Assembly (NCBI GenBank): GCA_043228905.1
Contig: JBHGNT010000021.1
Coordinates: 11,036,001 to 11,100,000, forward strand
Length of the DNA stretch: 64,000 nt
Origin: Azolla caroliniana
Lineage: Eukaryota > Plantae > Polypodiophyta
Reading direction: 5' to 3'
Numbering within the stretch: position 1 is the stretch's first letter; each line of letters starts with the position of its first letter. Shown here one piece after another: positions 56,660 through 64,000 of this stretch. The translations under genes were made by a program, and so were the position numbers. Below the pieces are notes generated by a model. It was not told the origin of the DNA, searched no databases, and saw nothing but the letters and a program-made list of their open reading frames with translations.

Positions 56660-59600
56660 TTATTTTTTTCCAAAAAGATTTCCTTCATTAGTATTAAGAA
56701 AAAACATGGTAAGGCTACAAACTGTACAATTAGAGAGTGTTATATACAAAAAGGATAATCAGAGGAAGGGCCAGGGATGATGATATTTCCATATAGGTCC
56801 TTGAGAGGAGACCATGAATAGAGGCAACTTCCTCCATAACTGCGTAATTTTTTCCTTTTCTTAAGAACAACCTCTGAAGGGCCCGACATATTGTCATATT
56901 ACCCACGCACTACCGCCAATAAGTTGTCCCATAATTCTAGAAATATATCTAAGAGAAGGGGAATTATAGAATCATATCGTCTTTTACACCGATACTTCCA
57001 TAAGGTCCATAATGTAACCGTGGATATTGTTTTCCATACATGGGTTGCACGCATTTGCTTTCGAGGTTGCTGAAAATGGGAGACATATATTAGATGCTTG
57101 TTGACGACTGTCTTAGCCTCTAGAGCATCATCTACCTCATACAATAAGAGACTGGAATGGAGAACCCCCCATACCGCTGATCGCCAGGAGAATAGGCAAC
57201 CTATATTAATTGTTAGGAATAAAGAAAGAACTTTATTTTATACTTGTTGGGCTATTGAACAGGACCAGAGAGCATGCTTGGTAGCTTCCTCTAAGTCACC
57301 ACAATAACTACATTGTCTAAGAACGGGTGTCACGTTTCCTTTCAAAGACTGACCTACTGGTAGTGTTGCATGTAGTAAAAGCCATCTGAAGAGAGTGTAT
57401 TTTGTTGGTCCCCTAAAAAACTAAATCCATTTCCAATAAGCCTTCAAGTGATTGCTTGATACACCCCACTTATTCTAGTGCTTTTGAGCCGCAAGAGTTG
57501 GAACATTCTTAGACACGAGTAAGGTTCTACCAAATTTCACAGTATACTGAAAGAACGGAACTTTTTGCATTGGATCCATCATGGGACTAGTCCAAGACCA
57601 TCCCCCTAGGTCCCACATTAGCCTATTAATTGGTTGTCGTGCATATAACCAAAGCATATCCGAAAAATGGGCTATTGACGGTTGTGGATCCAAGAGCCAT
57701 TTCTTACCAGTTTTGGCAATCACCCTAATTGGAACAATAAGCAGGTTTTGCAGCAAATTATCAGAGGGTGTATAAGGCTGCAATTTATTATCCTGTTGAA
57801 TATGGAAATAAAAAATACACCCATTTGTAGAAATTCCTTTAACAAAGAGCAACATACCGTTCGTCAAGCAACCAAACCACATATGCTCCTGCATTGACTG
57901 AAGTCGTGATGAGGCCTAAGAGAAGGCTATTGAAATATCCATTGTCATTGTCTTCGCCCCATATATCGAGTGTAACTGCTTAAGGCAATCCACTTCTGGC
58001 ATCTGCTGAAATGAATCTAGGATCCTACTAATTTTGTTGCCCATTGTCTAATTTTTCCCATGCAAGACAAGGTCTAAGGCCAAATACATTTCTAATAGAA
58101 TCCCGAACAAGAGAATTAGCCAAAAGCGGTTGATTCATCCAACTATCCCATGATCTGACGATTCCATGTAGAAATCTATTGGATGTTAGATTCCGTCTCA
58201 GTGTCTAAATATATGTCAAGAACATCCATTTCAAAGACGGCAACCAATTCCCTCCCGTCTTGGGAGATAATTGCATCAGCTGATTAAGCAACATACCCTT
58301 CCATGCCTTTGTCCCTGCAACAATCCTCTGACTACAAACTTTTTCAAGAGAGCTCGAGATTGTATTAAGGGATCTATTAGAGCCAACCCTCCTTGACTTT
58401 TTGGCCTAATCAAAACATCCCATGCCAGCTTGGCCATTGCACGAGATCCATTTTTTCCACCCCAAAGGAAGTTACGTATGAGGCTTTGAACTTTCATGAT
58501 TGCCGACCTAGAGAACAACCAAGTAGATGCGATAAACCATATTGTGGCCAACAACACCGAATTTGCAATGACAACCCAACCTGCAAGGGATAAGTGTTGC
58601 GAGTCCCAATATACCAACTTACCCTTAATTGATAATAGCAATGGTGATAGCATCACTTCATATGGTAAATCTATACCAACAAGACAACCTAAATAACGAA
58701 TCGGCTCCCCATGATTTAGCCAACGGAATGCAGGGCCTGGATACCATTCTGGACGCGGTTCATCACTAGCCCAAAGGCCTACAAATTTATTCCAATTGAG
58801 AGAGGCTCCAGTAGCATCTAAAAATATTTGTAAAGCATTTTGTACCTGATCAAGATTAACAACATCTCCGCGAATATATAGAGTGTCATCCGCAAACTCA
58901 GCATCAAGAATTGTCGAGTTTGCAATAGGTAAAGCTATTTCTTGGATGGCCGTCATTGAGGATCTAAGAAAAGATGATAAAGCTTCCACAAATAAAATAA
59001 AAATAAATGGTGCTAACGGACAACCTTGTCGAACAAATCTGGAAATTGGAAATAATGTACCATTGCCTCCAAAAAATAGAACTGAGCTAGACGCATGTCT
59101 ATATAATGTAGACACACCTTTTATCCATGCACTTGGAAACCCTAATCTTAATAGAACTGCCTCTAGAAAGTCCCAATCTACTTTATCATATGCTTTCTCA
59201 AAATCTAATAATAGTATTGCAAGTCATTGTTTGTGATATTGAGCCAATGCAATCACCTCCCAAAAAAGGAAGATATTGTCAAAGATGCTTCTATCTTGAA
59301 GGAATCTTGATTATGTATCATGTATAATTGAGGGAAGCAATGGTCGCATTCTATTAGCTATAGTTTTTTCTACTATTTTATAGATGTTGTTAAGCAAAGT
59401 TATTGGACGCCATTTTGATATTTCATTACATTGAGCATCTGATTTTGGAATCATGTATATGATTCCTTCTGTCCATTCATCGGGCATATTCCCTGTTGAG
59501 AAAATTAAATTAACTACTCTAGTAAGATTAGGCCCCAACAAGTCCCAATAGTGCAAATAGAATACCACTCCTATGGCATCCTTTCTAGGACACATATATT

Positions 59601-61718
59601 TACCCAGGAATTTAGCCGTTGTCCAGACTTCAGTGTCTGTAAATGGTTGAAGCAACTGGGAAGCCATTTCATGAGTGACCTTATGTTGTATTGTTTTTAG
59701 TACAAGTTGTCTCTTATTAAGATCTTCCTCTGAGAAGGATTAAGAGCCATCAAGTCATTTTAGGGTTTTGATAGATAGTGTTTTATACTTCTGTTTAAAT
59801 TGACTAAAGAACTCTCTGTTAACCGTATCCTGCTTCTGTGACCAAGAAGTTGTATTACGTTTGTAGAAGTACAAGCCTCTTGCATGTTGCTTTTCTTTTC
59901 AATTGCTTTTTACTTGTTGTAAATTCGAGAGCAACATCGGTGAGGTTGGGTATTTTTCCAATAACTTTTGTGTTGCAACCAGTGCTCGACGCAAATTAGC
60001 AATCTGCGCACTGCATCAATCAACTGAAGAGGCAACTATGTTTATGGAGAAGCTCTTGACATCAAGAATGACATAAGTGATATCTCTAAGTAGAAAGGCA
60101 TTAGAGAAACTATACTTAGACCAGATTTGACCTATAGAAACTCTATGAGTTTCATCAGCAAGCAATGCTTCTGTGACCAAGAAGCTGTATTACGTTTGTA
60201 GAAGTACAAGCCTCTTGCATGTTGCTTTTCTTTTCAATTGCTTTTTACTTGTTGTAAATCCGAGAGCAACATCGGTGAGGTTGGGTATTTTTCCAATAAC
60301 TTTTGTGTTGCAGCCAGTGCTCGACGCAAATTAGCAATCTGTGCACTGCATCGATCAACTGAAGAGGCAACTATGTTTATGGAGAAGCTCTTGACATCAA
60401 GAATGACATAAGTGATATCTCTGAGTAGAAAGGCATCAGAGAAACTATACTTAGACTAGATTTGAGCTATAGAAACCCTATGAGTTTCATCAGCAAGCAA
60501 TGAGTTCGGGATACGAAATTGCTTAAGATAGGATCTTTTGGTGAATACAATGTTTAACTTCAATGGATAATGATCAGAAGTTACCGTCCTAGGAATAATC
60601 CCCATAGATCCAAAAGCTTCCCAAAAAACGTTACTAGCATAGAACCTATCCAATCGTGCCAAATTAGCAACAACCATACTACCATTTGACCGGGAGAAAT
60701 GAAGGGAGTCTTGCATTCGAGAAATGGAGTGGATATTCCATAGATCCAATAAACCAAAAGATAAACAGAAGGAATCCCAAGCTCTAGCTTCTCGGCTTGT
60801 TATTGTACTGATTGAGCCTCCCCTTCTATCAGATGCTTCTTCAATCATGTTAAAGTCACCACCCACAAGCCAAGAATCTGCTAATCCGGCATATTCAGAA
60901 AGAGAAATCCGAAAGGAAGCTTTTTCTGAGGTTAAGTTAGAAGCATATAAATTTATAATACCAGTCTTCTGAGGTCCTATTTGAAGAATAAGAAATTGCG
61001 CCCTTTTATTTGCAATAGTACCTGCCGAGACTATGATGGATGCCCAATGTTCTTTAATAGCCAGAAATGTATCCATCTCCTTGGTAGGATGGAACCATAA
61101 TTCCGTATCCTATCAGCGGACAAGTGATGCTCTTGCAAAAAAAGAATATCAATTGCACCAACATTTGGTGTATTTAAATCTGCTTGTATAAGTCCTTGAA
61201 ATCTAGGAAAGGTTGAGTGCGAATTTGTCGCTTTGTTAGCAAGTCCTTCCCTGCATAGTTGTGAACCCTATGTTCTTTCACAACCTTATCCAACTCTTGG
61301 CCTGCGGCCATATCCTTTGAGGATCCAAACTTGAAACCATTGGCCTCTTTGTCTGTCAATAACAATTCTACTTCCATTGTTTCCTTTTTCTCATAACTAG
61401 TTTTTCCATTGTTATATCAGTTGTAGGTATAGGCGCAGCTTCCTCCAATCGTTGGATAGTGACATCCACCATCATCTGTTGCCCTTGTAGCTCTAGCTTT
61501 CCTTGTTGAGCTATTTCAATCTCCATGTCATCTTCCTTTTGTTTCAATTTATCTAACGAGATTGTTTTGGTAGGTGGTTGACCGAGAAGATGACTTAGAA
61601 AGCATTGTTGTCATTGGGGGAGATGTATCAGTCTTCGATGGGATCAATGAACCTATCGCAAGTGCCACTTGAGAGTCGTCACCATCTACCTAAAGTGTTG
61701 TATATTTATTATGAAGGG
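56660..61718 (-). mobile_element. Degenerate L1-type LINE (endonuclease, RT, C-terminal zinc finger); ends approximate
   Basis: VGGDFN, RLDRFY, SDHYPL; WRPITLLN; RQGCPLAP; EFADD. Confidence 0.9.
59831..60500. repeat. 335-bp tandem duplication inside LINE ORF2
   Basis: TGCTTCTGTGACCAAGAAG starts at 59831 and 60166. Confidence 0.9.
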
Positions 61719-64000
61719 TGTTATTCTCTGACCGGACAAGGCCTAACACAAGGTGTCACGAAGACACTTCACCAAAGGGTGATTACGGCATAGGATTAAG
61801 ATTCAACGATTACACCGACTTACGTAGGTTACACGATTAGAGTGCTTTGGTTAATTACACGCGTAAGATATAACAGTGATTACAGAACGGAAATCAACAC
61901 AGAAGTATAAACACCATATGCTCTATTAATTATCCGCTCCGATTATAATGGGGTCCGGGCCTTTAAATAGGTTTCCGGCCCGTAGTACAAAACGGTGCCC
62001 ATCGCACCTATTCGGGATCCGTCCGGATCTAGAACGGCATACCGTTTCCAGTCCGTCCGTCCATACTATTCCTATTTACAACCACACTTAATTAATTCCT
62101 TCACTCCGTATTTTGGACTCCTTGCCGGCCGGTAACACATGGCACGCCCGTGGGACAGTACCTTGTACGTCGAACCCTTCTCGGCCCCTTCATTGTTCAC
62201 CCAAATTGTCCAAAATACTTTGTTCCAGAGTTTCCTCTTGTTCTTCCGGTTGTGGTTGTTGCGGCTGTGCTTGCTGCTGCTGCTGTGGTTGCGGTTGGGA
62301 CTGAGGCTGTTCCGGCTGCTCTATAGGCGGCTGCTCCGTTTGTTTCTCTGACTCCGGCTGCTCCGTTTGTCTTTCTGACTCTGGCATCTCCGTTTGACTG
62401 CTTCCGGTCCGGTCTCCTTCCAGTAACGGTTCCTCATCACTGAGGTTGACCGTAACCGGTTCTCGTGCTTTCTCTTCCCGGATCCGGGACCTCTCGTAGC
62501 TTTCAAACTGGATCTGCGCCTCCAGCCTGTCGTCGTCCAGCTGAGCTACAAGTTGCCGGACTTGGCCTAGTTGGTCGTCTGCCAAGGCTTGAAAGTCCTC
62601 GGCCAGCTCATCTCTTATGCCGGTGAAGTCTTCGGAAGTCAGCATATAGCAATCATCTCCCTCCTTCCGCCGGTTCTCTACGTCGGCCCAGAGCAATTGG
62701 AGTTCCGCCGCGTTCGTGGCCCACTTGGTCCACCATTTGACGGAACCGTTGTCAATCAAGCTCTTGGTCTTGGTCTGGTTCAACCAGGCCCGCATGATAT
62801 CCTGGATGCGACTTGCTCCCATTTGCGCTCTACTTTCCACCACTTGTCGCTCCTCCTTCAACTGCTTGATGAGATTCGCCGTATCCTCCGCCTGCTCTCT
62901 GTAGCGCGTCAGCTGCCCTTGATATGTTGTCTGCAGCCTCTGCAGTACCTCCGCCGCTCTTTCTTTTTCCGCCTGCTGTTGCCTGAGGAGCTCTGTCCGA
63001 ACCTTCTCCGCCTCTTCCAACCGTCTTCTGGTTTCCGCTTGTTCCTTAGCGTATGCCGTTGCGGTCCGATCAACTGCTTGCCGGAGCTCATCCGTCCGTT
63101 CCTTGTGCTCCATTTGCAACCGTTTATACTCCCGGTGCAAGTGCTCAAATTCCTCCGTTTTTTGTTTGAGCTTGCCGTTGATCTGGCGATGGTTCCGGTC
63201 CTCCCGGTCCTTTACCTGCCGGAGTTCCTCTTTCAGGCGCTCTACTTCTGTTTCGGCGTTCCTCCGGAGTCTGTCCTTCTCTTGCAGCATTTTCTCCTTT
63301 TCCTCCTTGAGCCGGTCGTACGCTTGGTGGCCTTTCCGTAAGCTCTCCTCGGCCCGGCGTAGATTCTCAGCAGTCTTTTTGAGTTTTGCCTCCGCTGCCG
63401 TCTTCAATTCTCTTTCGCGGCTCCTCAGCGCTTCTTGGGCAGCTAGCTCATCCTTTAAATCCGCAAGCTCTTGGGCTTGTGCCGCATTTCTCTCCGGAAC
63501 GGTTTCCGTTGCCGGGGTCTGATTGCTATGTACAGGTTGATCTGACGCCTTATTCTGTACATTGCCCGGAGTCACCGGTGCTTGGACTTGTGTTGTCAAA
63601 GCGAATTGAGCCATTTCCCTTGTGACCCTGTCCAAGTCTTGTTCAAGGCTCCGGATTCTGGACCGGGCCGTCTCTAGATCTACGGTTGTGACGAGCAACC
63701 GTTCGTTGTGCGCTCTCTCCTCCGCCTCTATGTACTCGACCGCTCCGGCGATCTGCTCGCCTACCCACCGTAGCCACATGCTACTGGTGCCTTGCTGCTG
63801 TACTGGTCCTACTCCTTGGCCGCCGTGTGTGCTGGTTGGGCTCGCCGGCTGTTGAGTTCCGGTTCTCGCCGTCTCCGGAGCCGTTGGAATGACTTCTTCT
63901 ATAGAAGTCGACAAGGCCGGTTCCATACGCACCGGTTCCGGTTCCTCCCTTGTGGTTTGCTCAGGTTGAGTTGGGGGCGTCGTTTCTTCCTCTTGCGGGT
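61719..64000 (-). mobile_element. 3' end of Gypsy A' (LTR 61719-62137, antisense PBS 62140-62177, extra ORF)
   Basis: LTR related to 7151-7596; ORF homologous to 10160-12173. Confidence 0.9.
62190..63932 (-). CDS. Extra 3' ORF of Gypsy A': coiled-coil protein of unknown function (true start probably outside window)
   Basis: 580 open codons; WLRWVGEQIAG..ADVENRRKEGDDCY..EQSILD shared with A. Confidence 0.8.
   Translation of the reverse strand: MRMEPALSTSIEEVIPTAPETARTGTQQPASPTSTHGGQGVGPVQQQGTSSMWLRWVGEQIAGAVEYIEAEERAHNERLLVTTVDLETARSRIRSLEQDLDRVTREMAQFALTTQVQAPVTPGNVQNKASDQPVHSNQTPATETVPERNAAQAQELADLKDELAAQEALRSRERELKTAAEAKLKKTAENLRRAEESLRKGHQAYDRLKEEKEKMLQEKDRLRRNAETEVERLKEELRQVKDREDRNHRQINGKLKQKTEEFEHLHREYKRLQMEHKERTDELRQAVDRTATAYAKEQAETRRRLEEAEKVRTELLRQQQAEKERAAEVLQRLQTTYQGQLTRYREQAEDTANLIKQLKEERQVVESRAQMGASRIQDIMRAWLNQTKTKSLIDNGSVKWWTKWATNAAELQLLWADVENRRKEGDDCYMLTSEDFTGIRDELAEDFQALADDQLGQVRQLVAQLDDDRLEAQIQFESYERSRIREEKAREPVTVNLSDEEPLLEGDRTGSSQTEMPESERQTEQPESEKQTEQPPIEQPEQPQSQPQPQQQQQAQPQQPQPEEQEETLEQSILDNLGEQ

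Overview
Repeat-dense eukaryotic nuclear DNA, most likely from a seed-free plant (probably a fern, judged from unedited plastid-derived genes). No host gene is evident. The backbone is a decayed nuclear plastid insertion (NUPT: ycf1 3' end-rps15-ndhH-ndhA 5' part, plus accD and infA pieces). Its ndhH is split by a 31.9-kb, four-level nest: Gypsy C > gag-only element X > Gypsy Y > two full-length Copia elements, each with a readable TSD. Scrambled Gypsy/Copia debris lies to the left. A degenerate L1-type LINE and another Gypsy lie to the right. Main lead: four Gypsy-type 3' LTRs lack an adjacent polypurine tract. Each is instead preceded by a copy of a tRNA 3' end (..GGGTTCGA-hairpin-GTCCCACGGGCGTGCCA), i.e. 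an antisense PBS whose hairpin covaries in three copies. The one complete element has outward-facing PBS-like sites at both ends, suggesting tRNA priming of both DNA strands. Other leads: a conserved GGATTTT -1 frameshift candidate after protease, 4-bp sequence-specific targeting, and a conserved extra ORF. All coordinates and alignments were read by eye.
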